A stretch of 64,000 nt of DNA from Antedon mediterranea (Eukaryota > Animalia > Echinodermata). Under the pieces are notes generated by a model. That model did no database searches. It worked only from the letters and a program-made list of their open reading frames with translations, and was not told the DNA's origin. The stretch covers positions 24,304,001 through 24,368,000 of the forward strand of contig NC_092674.1 in assembly GCF_964355755.1 (NCBI RefSeq), in the 5' to 3' direction. This document shows, piece after piece, positions 51,601 to 63,069 of the stretch; position 1 is the first letter of the stretch, and every line of letters starts with the position of its first letter. Position numbers and translations under genes: made by a program.

Positions 51601-54600
51601 ACTATAAAACTAGTTTGACAACAAACGATGTGGTGTGCCCAAATATGGTACTGATATGAAATTATTATGTACATATATGGCAACATCACGTTTTTTTTTT
51701 GTCACAAAGTTTGATAGGGTAGACAGAGCTTTAAATAAACTCACCCTTCACCAACAGAGAAAAATGCGTAGTCCGTTTGATTTGTTCTTGGTACAAAACG
51801 TAAACATGTGTGGGTCTCGTATGTTGATATAGCTTGCCGAATCAAAGTTTCTGTTTTGTCTAGAGATAATAATGAAAAAAATGTGATCGGTAAGTGATTT
51901 AGATGTAGATTTAGGTGTTTAATGAAGATATGCATTTTAGGACATTATTTATGTTGCCGTTCAGACACAACATGTTTTTTTAAGTTGTGATTGTATTAAT
52001 TCTGTCCCATCATTTTTAGTCGCGTGGACGCGACTCTATAGTTCACTATGTCGGTCTGTCGGTCTGTCTGTCGGTCCGGTATCACTATGCGTTTTAGCAC
52101 GCGACTTATGGCTGTTGTTGTTTTTCTATAACCGTGTTTCCAAACCAGTTGGTTCTCTACACCTACATGATTAGTAACGTGTAGAGAGCCCCCTATGTTG
52201 GTTATAAGTTGGTTACCATCACTTCAGGAGCTCATTTGCTAACTGGGATATATACAGTATATTAGTATAACGGTTTATCTGGATCTCTGTATAGTATTCA
52301 AATAATTTTCAAACATTTGAAGGGATATATACAACATAGGAGAACCATAACATGATCCACTAGAGCCCATGTTATCTTGTTTTGTATATAGCGTCACAAC
52401 ACACTGAATATTCATATTCTCTACTAAATATTCATCTTCCTCCTCATGAATAATAATTAGGTGAGAGATGGAGATCAAACACTATACCCATTATTAATTG
52501 TGTATTTAAATAACGTGAGAGAAAAATAAGGGCATGACATAATGTAATTGTAGCTCGCTGTCAAAAAGGTCTAGACACCATTTTTGTTTTAATGGTTCTC
52601 TGGAGTACCTAACGACACCGCAGATAGAAATCATATACCGCAATTTATCACCATACATTATTGCCTTATGCTCACAAGGCATTGTGTGGAATAATTTATA
52701 TTACGTTTTAAATAGAGAATTTATATAACGAAACTAAAAATAAAATATTTTAGTTTTGAATGATTTTACCTGGTCGTAAACTAAAAATGTTAACTTGGTG
52801 ACGTCACATTTCCCAAAATAATTAATGTCACATAACAAAAGACTTAAATTTGTTTGCGTGTGAAAAACAAAGCTGGCGCGCCCATTTAATATCATCATAA
52901 ACAATGGTCCTGTATAATACTTAACAATACTTATTGCGGGGATCGAGGTTCTGTTGACGTTATAAAATGGCCAGTTGAAGTTAAAAAGTTTTTTTTCTGT
53001 CTTTCGTCAAATTTATACAAATTTCAAAGAGCGCGTAGTGCGCTTCTACGTGCCAAATTTTCTTCCAAATCTTATATTTTTTTGCTCAATTCGTTATCTT
53101 GTGAAATTGTTCAAGTTTATTTTGGCAACGTCATCATACCAAAAAATTATAACATGGTGTGGTTCCAGTAATTTCATCACCAATCAGCACCATAAGCTGG
53201 CATATGCATCAGGTAATAGGATGACATACATCAACATTTTCAGATTGTATGTTAACATACGTGCATGTTTAAAAAATATTAATGTCAATAAAATTATAAA
53301 AATGATCACCTATAATTCGTCAAAGTGACGAATTAAATTCTAGATTTTCTTGTTGTTATTAAACAGTTTAATTGAGTTTACTTTTTTGATATCCTTTTTG
53401 GTAAAACGACAATACAGTAACATGACATTTTTACACTAGTTTTTTTGTATTCTGTTAATTTCAGCTTGTGTCTTGAAATTGTAGACTCAATTATAGTGGT
53501 TCATGTTTACATCCTTATACTCTTTCTTCTATGGGAACGAACCAACCAAAGGTACGTTTAGAATTCTACTCCTTAAATCATTTTTTTTTAATATATAAAA
53601 AAGGTTTATGACGCCGCTTGTCTCGGTAAAACTAAAACCGCTATATTTTGATGTAAGACTATGTTTCTAAAAGGTAAGTTTATGAACTATTTAGTAATTC
53701 AATGACCCTTTGTGGGATAAACATTACGAACATTGATACGTAATAAATTTTGTTTAAATATTGACTCGTAAATCTGTATATAACAGTAAATCCAGAGGGT
53801 TCATTTTCTTTCAGTTCATATCAAAATTCATGAAAAAAAATATTTTCTAATTGGTTTAAATCTAAAAATATAATAATAGGCATAATTATGTTTTTTCCCT
53901 TTCAGATTAAACGTAATATAAATTGAACATGACATGATGGTATAAATGAACCCATGTTGTCGATAGCATTTTCTTTTTGGCTATCATGAGAAGATCTGAT
54001 ATAGTATGCGAGGACACATGATTTCAATCTTGGAACATGTTAGTATCGGTAAGAACGGAATTTACGTTATTACAAATTGTTATGACAGAATTAGATCTCA
54101 CCTCTAATCTATAGGCCTAGTATACAAAAGAATTATTTTTCCTTACAAAAAAACTCCGCTCATAACTACCGTCTACATGCATCTCAATACTTCAGAAAAA
54201 TGTTTTCATACGGTCTCTCTTTTTTCAGACGGGCTTTGGGGTTGTGCGCATGCCCAGTCCGAGTTTCTAAATACCCATTTTTTTTATCCGTAGTCGACTA
54301 TAAGCTACCGCATGTTAACTTTTTCCTAATGCGATCCGTTCTCTTGAATATAACTGCCTAAAGAAGTGCGGGGCAAAAACACATTACTGGTAAAACAGTA
54401 CAATTATTAGCCTTACTAGAAAAACGTGTGGCTACAATTATTGGTCACGGCATGATAAACAAACGTAGCCCTATTTAGGCCTACTTAATTAATTAAAAAC
54501 AAGTGTACAGTCCACGTTTAAAACACATTTCCCACTCAAGGAAGCAAAACAAGGACGTAAACGCAACGCAAGCGAGTTGACCAATGACTAATGATTAATT

Positions 54601-55378
54601 CATCGCTTTTGATTGGTCAATCCCTTACGTCATTGTGTTGCGTCTCTAGTGGGAACCACGCATTATTAATAGCCTCTCTACTTTTGTTTTAATTTGAGAC
54701 TGTTTCTTCAAGTTAAGTAGGCCCTACTTTGTTTTATATTGAACTTAAAAATATAGCCTATAAGGCCCTATAACAATAACTTTACATCTCATGAAATATA
54801 AACGAAACCAAAATAGACTACGGTACTAACATCAAACGTGTATTAATACTTGTGACAGTTTACACGTTTTGATGGGAGATATTCAGGCGCGGCCTATTTT
54901 ATATAGTTGATTATATTATTATAAATTTAGCCACTGATAAAAGCAGGAAGATCTACTTCGAATTGTATATTATTATATTATTTCTAAGATGACCTATTGA
55001 ATTATAAACATGTAATTTCCGAAAAAAATGAAGAAAAGGTGTGACCTTCTTTGGGACTTCAATCAACCGGGTCTGATACTTTTGAATGGACACTCGTTAC
55101 GTTTCATGGTCAATTAAATGTCAACTAACACCTCTGGTTAAAGACTAAAAATAATCAAACTTCCAAAACAGGAAAATAAACATGATTGTTCTTACTATCA
55201 AACATTTGGCTAATGAGGTATGGGATTTCAGCGTTAGGCCAGTATCTGTGTTTAAATGATGTGACTGCTCTGCGCTGACGGCTAGTTCCGAGAAACTTGT
55301 CCAAACCTCTCCTCTGTCTTGAAGATTCACCTTCTTGCTGAGGACTAGGATTTGGTATGATGTCTCCTTGGAACATAT
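33653..55378 (-). CDS. Tolloid/BMP1-like astacin metalloprotease (pro-astacin-CUB-CUB-EGF-EGF-EGF-CUB-CUB), at least ~827 aa; signal-peptide exon not securely located
   Basis: Exons 55378-55196, 51859-51745, 51444-51231, 50754-50568, 50238-50086, 49338-49135, 48445-48296, 47719-47516, 47108-46983, 46736-46614, 37830-37708, 36911-36779, 36275-36022, 34507-34318, 33776-33653, phase-consistent. Asp-switch FQGDI, RQRR furin site, CCSSVGR, zinc motif [19 protein letters not shown], Met-turn SIMHY, CUB motifs (CGG..IHSPNYP; [11 protein letters not shown]; FCG; FQSD), three Ca-EGF exons (DMNEC, DVDEC, DENEC). Confidence 0.92.
34774..35902. mobile_element. Non-autonomous Kolobok-like DNA transposon (~1.13 kb)
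   Basis: TTAA|AATGGACCTGAAATGGA...TCCATTTCAGGTCCATT|TTAA; CpG-rich interior, no transposase ORF. Confidence 0.8.
36320..36610. repeat. ~20-bp degenerate minisatellite (acagaattcattccgtgtcg)
   Basis: About 12 degenerate tandem units in a protease intron. Confidence 0.7.
37905..38074. mobile_element. Harbinger-like MITE, family A copy
   Basis: TAA|AGCTCTGTCTACACTA...TAGTGTAGACAAAGCT|TAA, direct TAA TSD. Confidence 0.85.
38895..39590 (+). mobile_element. Long Helentron-associated (HINE/DINE-1-like) element
   Basis: T-run|AGTCGCGTG...ctctatagttcactat(GTCG)n(GTCT)n...AGCACGCGACTGCAGCCAT, with a ~550-bp internal segment absent from the short copies. Confidence 0.65.
39747..40040 (+). CDS. Putative small coiled-coil protein (97 aa), nested antisense in the protease intron
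   Basis: Charged, helical composition ([18 protein letters not shown]...[21 protein letters not shown]). Splice acceptor tttctatag 11 nt before the ATG, AATAAA at ~40083, candidate non-coding first exon ending ACG|GTAGGT at ~38568. Confidence 0.45.
   Translation: MSKTDQQITEERRISSEKRLLALIDDNETFQKELKKSQAYQRARRRRLYALDGSLLRMIQNAQQLQTRLKRLQEEIDKEKAEESNRPWPHNLRRSID
41751..42210 (-). repeat. 3' LTR (460 bp)
   Basis: Identical by eye to 44953-45412. TATATAAA (~42004-42011) and ATTAAA (~41870-41875) on the minus strand. Confidence 0.95.
42284..44593 (-). CDS. Gag (SCAN-like capsid, CCHC knuckle) - aspartic protease - truncated integrase N-terminus, 769 aa
   Basis: [13 protein letters not shown]...LTGKARAAY...YRQRFR; [17 protein letters not shown] (SCAN-like); [14 protein letters not shown]; LIDSGC and ILGRD; [24 protein letters not shown]. 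No RT (YxDD), RNase H or DDE core. Confidence 0.92.
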   Translation of the reverse strand: MADKQSTTRSGREYSGGDESDSEVESVQSIQPEQQAEESGPTSGHNPTGADSSSKDVLLLMQQQMQQQMQQQMQQQMQQQMQQQNLMMQQMMEQQERLRKEDMEKQERLRKEDMERQERLRREDMEKQQALVMALMDKQKDSEEKRLKDMMRLKEVQIAKLSDSDDIENYLTTFERIANTYEWRKEHWVVKLIPHLTGKARAAYASLPVTESNQYDIVKKAILQRYDITEETYRQRFRSIKKKSEESYREMYVRLKDLFTKWARPADKSKDDLAEIVILEQLIDIMPTGVQIWVKEHKPDSGLNAAELADNYFQARKGIDFEKKFQNRKHENRNNQEKTVKGTPEVDSKGNNNPPDNFHKSQSDARQPLVCRRCKKVGHIERFCRSKDGFLSTKTDTVSKPCTPYICRGLVEGCDCEILIDSGCDMTLVHSDLVAAKKINRAEQAKITCRCVHDHVQAYPTAFVNIKINNEDHNLLVGVCSDLPRDVILGRDFPKFGDLLGKRDKNHDRHSFVATRDHARKEKLREENELKSEKASGVISHQLDDVVNFQEEFGHLDGQLLSNNPPKEKVHKTRSEKRKVRKEFAKTKEAQSSQDSELDILDIGRDKIKDYQVKDRTLISLREQMLVQKDDDTIKIVCKDGILFRQVFTKHQTEPIEQLVVPYPCRNSVLKVSHDIPLAGHLGRKKTLDRIKQRFFWPGIRKDVTEYCKICQKTSKYRTKFKDFMIPMSVISEPFGQIYMNVVCSLLVIINNYVPCYYGVFKFYRLGVG
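44953..45412 (-). repeat. 5' LTR (460 bp)
   Basis: Direct repeat of 41751-42210; followed on the minus strand by TAATT and the PBS. Confidence 0.95.
47147..47412. mobile_element. Harbinger-like MITE family A, composite head-to-head (palindromic) copy
   Basis: Left arm AGCCATATCTACACTATCAAAC plus core, then the core again in reverse orientation ending GTTTGATATTGTAGACACATAGCT. Confidence 0.7.
51590..51730. mobile_element. Harbinger-like MITE, family A copy
   Basis: Degenerate left TIR, family core, right TIR GTTTGATAGGGTAGACAGAGCT. Confidence 0.75.
52018..52120 (+). mobile_element. Short Helentron-associated (HINE/DINE-1-like) element
   Basis: AGTCGCGTGGACGCGACT hairpin, (GTCG/GTCT)n, inverse AGCACGCGACT, flanked by T-runs. 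Confidence 0.65.
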
Positions 55379-58300
55379 CTAAAATAACAAAGAAATAACG
55401 ATGCGATGCTATTAAATGTACATTGAAAAAAAATCACACGCCTAATTGTTTTTTTTAAATCAATAAATATCCCAGACGGTGTATGCCATTTCCCGTAGGT
55501 AAGCGATGTAGAAATCATGAATTATTCATTATCTGTATCCATGATGAACATCATTTTCTATCTGCTGAATTTAATCCTAAAACAAGAAATATTTCTTACA
55601 AAAAACCCTGCTCGCTTATTGAAAAATATTTTTTATTTCAACTGTTTTTGAATGTGTCATTTTATTGTCACATAATAGTTAATTTACCTGAAAAAAATGT
55701 AATTTAAAGCAACAAATACGGACAATGGTTTTTGGGTTTCTTTTCTTTTTTTATATGTGAATAAATATTATTTTTTTGTTACAGAAGTGAATACTCAATT
55801 TCTGTCACTTTAGTTAATTTTATTGGGGGTCACTTCATCACCCTAGATATTTCAATTGTGAAGTATCCTATTACAAACACAAACTTTAATGGACTGTTTC
55901 GATAATAATTCAATGAATATCTGACAGTGAATATACCAGAAATGCTTAGGGATTTGTAATTTTAGCATGACATGTCCTAATAGACTCTTTCCCAGACGTT
56001 TTTTTGGGTCTACTGTAGCAGCTGGAATCAATAAATCATAGTGGAGTTTCCATTTTCACAAAACTGTCTGTCCTTAGAACTATAACTGCTGCTTGCTTTA
56101 GCTTCTGATTGAGTAGTCCTAATGGGACGTAGCGGGCTAGAGCAGCAGCGTGAAAAACTAATAACGGCTCTCCCACTGCGAAGGAAAAACTAAATTTGTT
56201 GATTTCGAAGTACCTTTTCTGCATATGCGAAACTAGTGACAGAGATACCATGTATTATTTCATACACATAGACTTATATCTCACTGACTGGTCAGTTAAA
56301 ATGTAACTAAAGACAACTACTTATGACATCGGGGTCAACATTAACATTGTAAAACTGGCTAAAATAAAACAATGTAACAAAATATACTCCAAGTGAAATT
56401 GCTACAAAATGAAAATATATGCAATACACTATGTTAGTATCTCAGTGACTTGCGATAGTCAGTTAAGGTGTAGCTAATGACAGCTGCATAATCGGGTGAA
56501 CATTATCCCATTTCTGTAGACACCCGTCCTACATTATAAAACTTGCTGAAATAACACAATGTAACAAAATATACTCCGAATGAGATTGTTGCAATATTGG
56601 GATTTGTGTAGGGTTGCTGACAACTGTTGGCTAACAAACTCTTGTACTATTCAGCTGCAATCTCCTAGGTAGCCAAATGAACAGAAAACATACGCCATCT
56701 GGGTGATGTGAACTTACTGCATGGAATATCATTCCGGGGTCGTGTCTTGGCGTTCCATTGCAAATTAAAACAAATCCAGCTCGCACTTTGACTTGACGTA
56801 ATAATATCAGTTACATTCATGTAAGAGCAGATTGAAAGATATATAGATAGATAGAATATCTCGAATGTTGACGGAAAGGTGGGAGGCCTTTTTTAAATTA
56901 AAAAAAATATAGGTATATAGGTTATTACAAATTGAATCATATTTAATATATTTAATTAATTTCATACTTTATTTATGAACCTATTACGTATTCGTACAAT
57001 TCGTACACTCTCCTTCATGAAAATCACATATCATATGTGTAGGCCTAGTATGAAACGCCAATAGACTCGGGTGTTGTATGGAACGCAACGTGAAAATAAT
57101 TAAAGACTTAGGCCTACATGCTTCAGCTGGCGTATAGACATAATTCACTACTTTGCTCCACATATGACATACAGGCAATTCAAGTTAATTAATACACCAT
57201 CAATTGTCAAACGAGTTGCTAGTTTAGCCGAAGTATGACCTCAAGAAAATAAATTTAGGACAGATCAGGCTTGGGGCGAAAGCATAGCATTGAACTATGG
57301 AGCGCCATATTAAACCATACTGTGTACAATACACTGTTGGTTGCATTGACTTTCGTGTCATGTCACAATCACTTCAATGAAAGTATTTAAATAAATGAAA
57401 TAAGCATTTATATAACATTAACAACATTATTATTTAAACCTATCTAATCGATGTTGGAAAAATGTTATCTGGTTTTACAATAGGTATAACAATGATTTCT
57501 TTTTGTAACAACCAAAAACGTTCTGTAAGTTCACTTGTATTTTTTTTTGGTTGTTACAAAAAGATATCTCTGTTTTATCCAATCGATGTTACAAGCAAAC
57601 TGTCAAAACAAACAAAAACTCCTGTAATCAAATTTAAATATACAAGTAATGACATTTATATGCTGTTTGTTTATTGATATTACTATTCAATTTAATTAAT
57701 ATTTGTGTTTTCTTAAAAAGCATTACAGTGACTTTCTTAAATTTATTGTCAAATGTCTTGGAGAGTTAGAAAACATTTGTAAAGTTCACAAGGTTACATA
57801 CTAATTCAATTTACTTAACCAATGCATGTTTAACCTTACATCCAGTACCAAACGTACTTGGAAATAGTAGCTTAATTAGGTATACCACAGAATATAGAAT
57901 TACTTAAAAAAATTTAAATTGTCGAGAGATCATTAAAAGATAGAATATACAAAGCCAGTCCTCTCAATTTGGTTACGTGAATATTTTGTAATGTAAATCA
58001 CCCGCGTAAAGTCGATAGAATGAATAATTCGTCACGAAAAGCATGGCCTACATCTGTTGTTTCATACGTTGTTATATAATTGGTTCGAACCGCGAACATC
58101 GCAATGTTTCCACCATTTGGCTGAGACTTGCTCCAAGTCTGTAGTTATTTCGAGGCTTTTCGATATTTTGTCTGAGTTTACAAGCTTAAGTAGTATACGT
58201 ATGAAACGCCATATGTGCCAAAATAGTTATCTTTGTAATAATATTAAGTCAAAACTCCGTCTAGAGCCCAGACTACCATTTGGCTTACGCACAGAGGAAA

Positions 58301-58789
58301 TGACCAATATGGTCCGAACATCTAATCGGCATTTTCAAATGACAAGGTCAAAACATGTAACAAAAATAGACCATCACGGTCAAAACCATTATTCTCCTCC
58401 AACTCATTACTTGAGTAAATCAAACAGAGTTGTCATTTTTGTCGGAATTCTTTTTCATAGCAGCGTCTACCTCGGGCTAAAACGGAACTGCCGATGGGGC
58501 ATAAACTCGGTTTTAAGCATATCTGCAAAAGCATCGGCTCTAAATAAAAGGAATGGTATTAAGTGTCTAAACATGTACTTATAATAATATGATGTGATCT
58601 AGATAAAAATCACAACTTGTCTAATTTAATCATTTTGGAAAATTGTGTACGACGGGAGTCCGAAATTGGAGACAAATTCGAGACATTTGTTGTGAAAACA
58701 CCCAAATTTAATACATTTACAACCAAATTTTACACTTAACTGTACCGCCGAGCAATCAATAATTATTACTTTTTTTTTATAATCCTCCT

Positions 58790-59180
58790 ATCATTATTTC
58801 ATAAGAATTATCACTTCAATTTCTCATCATTCACCACAAACGATTATCATTAATCACCACAATCATATCATCATTAATCAATTATTATCGTTTATCACTA
58901 AAATCGATTGTTATCGTTGATCATCAACACAATCGATTATCATCATTTATTTCCAGAATCGACCATCATGCAATCATTTTTTCACCTCCACAATCGATTA
59001 TCGTCTTACATCAACACAATCGATGGTCGTCTTACATCAACACAATCGATTATCGTCTTACATCAACACAATCGATTAATGTTATTATACTCATCATAAT
59101 CGTCTATTATCATTCATCACAATCGATCATCATTATACGCATAATTATACCATCAACATATTCATGTTCATTATCATTAC
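58790..59180. repeat. Degenerate ~26-bp minisatellite / CAT-rich tract (cacaatcgattatcgtcttacatcaa)
   Basis: Near-perfect units at ~58989-59078, degenerate on both sides. Confidence 0.7.
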
Positions 59181-59391
59181 AATATGGCATGGCCATGATG
59201 ACTAAACCAGGACTGTTTAAAGCACCTTTTGCTGGTCCCAACATTGACCAAGGGGATTTTCTCGTCAACTGCCCACCTTAACCAGAAGAGAGGCGTGAGC
59301 CAATACGTCTGAGACAGATACTAGATGCAGGGACTGCCATAAGAGTCAGCAGTGCTGATTTCAAAATGCCTAATGGGACCCCAGCTCCATA

Positions 59392-59506
59392 TACAGCACC
59401 CGCGGTATTCCCAGCAGATGGTCTACCATTCAAGCTCTAGTTTAACTGGACCCAACGTTGCTTAACTTCGGTGATCGGACGAGAACCGGTCTTTCAACGT
59501 AGTAGG
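59392..59506 (-). pseudogene. 5S rRNA-derived sequence (pseudogene or SINE3 head)
   Basis: Minus strand ACGTTGAAAGACCGGTTCTCGTCCGATCACCGAAGTTAAGCAACGTTGGGTCCAG...GGGAATACCGCGGGTGCTGTA matches metazoan 5S rRNA with indels. The normal 5' end and oligo-T terminator are missing. Confidence 0.85.
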
Positions 59507-59949
59507 ACAACAATGATAATATTGAACCACTAAAAAGATGTGTATTCATTTAAACCCGCGGTAGCATGACATAGCACGTAAATGAAGACCCGCTACTCTG
59601 ATCTATAATAATAACGTGATTAAACATATAATGGAGTTCTTGATTAAAGCTCAAAAGCTAAAAGTGCCGGGCCGTTTGATGTCAGTTTAGACAAAATATA
59701 GAAAATCACGTACTGTTTGCTTATAGCCGAACTCTAATTTCTTCATGAATAGGTCTAACTATTAAACAATGAATACCAAGGGACAGAAAAATGATCGGTA
59801 ATTCAGATGGAATAGCTCAGTTGGTAACATTAGAAACCCGTATTACCTGTTACCCTCTTTCGATTTGGGTGTTAAAATAAATAAATAAAATAAATTGTTG
59901 TTTATTTTAGAACTATTATGATGTAAGTGTGCTAAACGCGATTACTTTA

Positions 59950-60102
59950 AGGCAGTGTCCCTTTAATAGGAGTGTCCCACCCCTCAATAGCGGTTTCCCG
60001 TAGTGTTGAAACATATATTGCCCTTGATTCGTTTCATGGGAAGTGTCCCCTTATTAGGGATAACCCCTGAATAGGGGTGTCCCAAAGGAGTGAATCTGTA
60101 GT
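59950..60102. mobile_element. Degenerate copy of the CAGTAGAACC/cctattaaggggacac MITE family
   Basis: gtgtccctttaataggagtgtccc...gtgtccccttattaggg...cccctgaataggggtgtccc; another relic lies at ~33905-34110. Confidence 0.55.
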
Positions 60103-62232
60103 AGTACAGTAGACGTGTCATCACTGTGGACGGACGACCCCCGCCCCCCCCCCCCCACACACCTCCAATGATTGTGGACGATTGCCCCCGCCCCACGATT
60201 GTGGAAATTGCTGCTGTACTACAGCTGTACTAACTATGTCTTATGTCTGATGTACTTTTTATTAACCATGTGCAGCATGTTCATACAGGAGGACGATACG
60301 AACGGAGAAATGGATGAACATACAGTTTTCTTACTATGAAACATAATAAATTTGTTTTCATCCTAAAACATGTATGCCTACACTGTAAACGATTTGGCCA
60401 AATAACGATATACCCCTTAGAACAAAATAGGAAAAGCTATGCTTGTGTAGTGTTATTCCTCCATCGGTGACTCATAGGTAATAAAGGTCGAACAAAGTAT
60501 ACGACTTATTCGAAACATTTTCTGAATTGTCGACATCATAACATTACATCATCGTTTTCCCCGGTCTTTAACAAGGTTGGCCTACCCGTTGATGTTAGCT
60601 GGCCAAAACGTGGAGGAATTGGCTTCCACTGCGATAGTAATGGCTTGAAAATATACTAGGAGTGGTACCTGGTGTGAAGCTTGGTCAATTCAAACCAAAC
60701 TAATGAATTTAGTATGTGGTTACATGCTGGTTCAGACGAGTTAGTGTGTGTTTGCGAATTAGAATAAAACATAATATTTAGGCGTAAACAGTAGAACATG
60801 TGACATGTATGCAGTCATAGTCTGAAGTATAAAATAATAATAATAATAATAATATTAAAGTCTAGAACAAGACAACAGCCTAAAACCCAAAAGGTTTGGT
60901 GCTTCAGTTTGCCATCAACTTGGTTAAAAATTATTTTTATTTAAGCAATGTAGTTTTGTCACGTACGTCGTCGATGCAACATGGAAAACTGAAATGTGCA
61001 TTAAAAAAAAAAATTACAAACAAAAATGTCGATGAGCATAACCTACCATGTGTTAAACGTTTTAACTTTTAGTATTAAAACTAATTAATTGGTAATGTTT
61101 GCTCTGTTATACCGTGTATCATAATTATGAACTATTTTTTAGAATTAAAAACTAATCGTTCTCAGACAACAAGGTATGTTGGAATGAAAAGTCGCCCGCG
61201 GTTGATGAGTGGTCTGACTACCGTAGTAGGTAGGACGGCGGATTTAAATTACTGTTTTATATTTTCGGTGATTTCTTTTGTATATCCCCCAAATATTCAT
61301 TTACTTTCAAAACAAAAATTGGTACGGTATTGACAGCTCTTGTAACCCCTAAAAATTATAGCGACGAAAGTGATTATTATAGTGTAATAGTTTCTATAGC
61401 TAACACACTTCGCTCACTTTGTTGGAATTTGAGGTGTTCCATCAAATTGGTGTGAACAGGTGACTCATAATTTGTATTTAAAGGGACACATCCACTTGGT
61501 ACCTATTCCATTCCCAAAAAAAGTGTAGCCTTGATGACCTAGGTGAGACTGAGAGTACCGTAATTTTTATGCCCATAGTTACTGCAGTAACTGCAGTAGA
61601 ATAGTTTTAACATGATTCCTTTAAAACGCAATAAATATCATCGTTTGCTTGTTGGCAGAAAGAGAGCAAATATTTAAACTAAATGTTGTTATTGCAATGA
61701 CATCATTCACATATTTTTTAGATTACTCTGTATTTTTTAAATGAGTGTCGTAAAAAAAATAAGGCAATGCGAAATTACTGCATCAACAAAATATGTGTTT
61801 GTAAGGTCTAGACCTTCGTTTGCAGTCAAGCGTGTCCAAATTACTAATTTATTTAGTTAGAAAAACAACCTGTTCTCACAAGGCGTAGATGCTTACCAAA
61901 TGTTCTTAAAATTAAACAATATAAATAGCGGCAATGTTAGTAATTTCTCAATTACAAACCACCTTGTTTTCGAGAATGAGTTTTCTGTATTTTTAATTAC
62001 CTATAGTTCGTAAATTGTACCCATTAAATACGACGTTTATTGGTGTTTATGGAATGACATTAGGCCTAATGGAAAAATAAACCTGTTTCAGGTCACTACG
62101 CCATGAATATTAAGTTCTGATTTTGAAAAGGACACATTATAATTATGTATGATAATTCGAACAGTTTTGGATATAATAGCTTTGTTTCTCGGATTAGTGT
62201 ATTCCGTTTTTTTTTAAGTACTGTCTATTATA

Positions 62233-63007
62233 CATATGAAACGCCATGTGTGCCAAAATATGTATATTTTAAACAATTGTTACGCAATTAGCGTACGTAA
62301 AATTACAAACTGTTTAATTAAACATCATTAATTACTGCAGAATTAAGAATTACAGTTTGATCGATTTTTCGTTTCTCGGAACGAAGGACGGCGTCTTTCG
62401 TTCAGTGAATTGTGTGAATGCCAACAGGATATTTGACCGATATTTTGGTTTTTAAGCTCTGCACAATCTGATACGTTAAATGTTCGAGTTTTCAAGTGAC
62501 AACAGTCGCTTTAAATCCTAGTAGGCAATAAAAAAAACAAGAGAAACAGTTTGAGGATGATATTTGAACTCTGCAAAGATCTCTACTCTTTCAACCCCTA
62601 TCATAATATTGTTAGTCGTCGCATGCTAAGCGGTCAACATACAATTGACCTTAGTTAAGTGGAATTATGTACAGATTTAATACTGTACCTGTCTTCAACT
62701 GTATGGAGTTACATATTTAGTGTGGACCTTCAGCCTCAATCAAAATGAGCAGTACAACAAAGCTCAGTTCTTTGGATTTTGTCAATAAATGTCTCCTAAA
62801 AAAATTGACGAGCTACTGTACCTTGAAAACGATTACTGTGCTGTGCAATTGACTTTACGATTACACAGTGAAATGCGACAGTAATTTTTTGTATCAAGAA
62901 TCAAAACGTGTTTTTACTGTGCAAGACCTAGTGTAGGTTCTAGGCTGTATTTCAACTTGATAATTGGTAGAAAGGTAAACATTTTGGCACACATGGCGTT
63001 TCATATG
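62233..63007. mobile_element. TIR element (27-bp perfect inverted termini), superfamily unassigned
   Basis: CATATGAAACGCCATGTGTGCCAAAAT ... ATTTTGGCACACATGGCGTTTCATATG; a solo related end at ~58200-58223. TSD unclear. Confidence 0.7.
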
Positions 63008-63069
63008 CATATGCAAAAATTAAAAAAAACTGAATGATGGGTTCAGTTTTGGGAATATTCAGCATCTAA

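Noticed and set aside
55683-55698. Juxtaposed acceptor/donor (ttttttcag|gtaaat) on the minus strand suggesting a recursive splice site
   Set aside because: Single occurrence, easily expected by chance in AT-rich DNA.
56036-56251. 71-aa minus ORF as the protease first exon
   Set aside because: It ends in a stop without a suitable phase-1 donor and has no signal-peptide character.
58057-58584. 175-aa plus-strand ORF
   Set aside because: Non-ATG start, no recognisable motif or protein-like composition, and it overlaps a transposon end at ~58200.
59392-59506. Functional 5S rRNA gene
   Set aside because: Indels in the internal control region, missing 5' end and terminator, and not in a tandem array.
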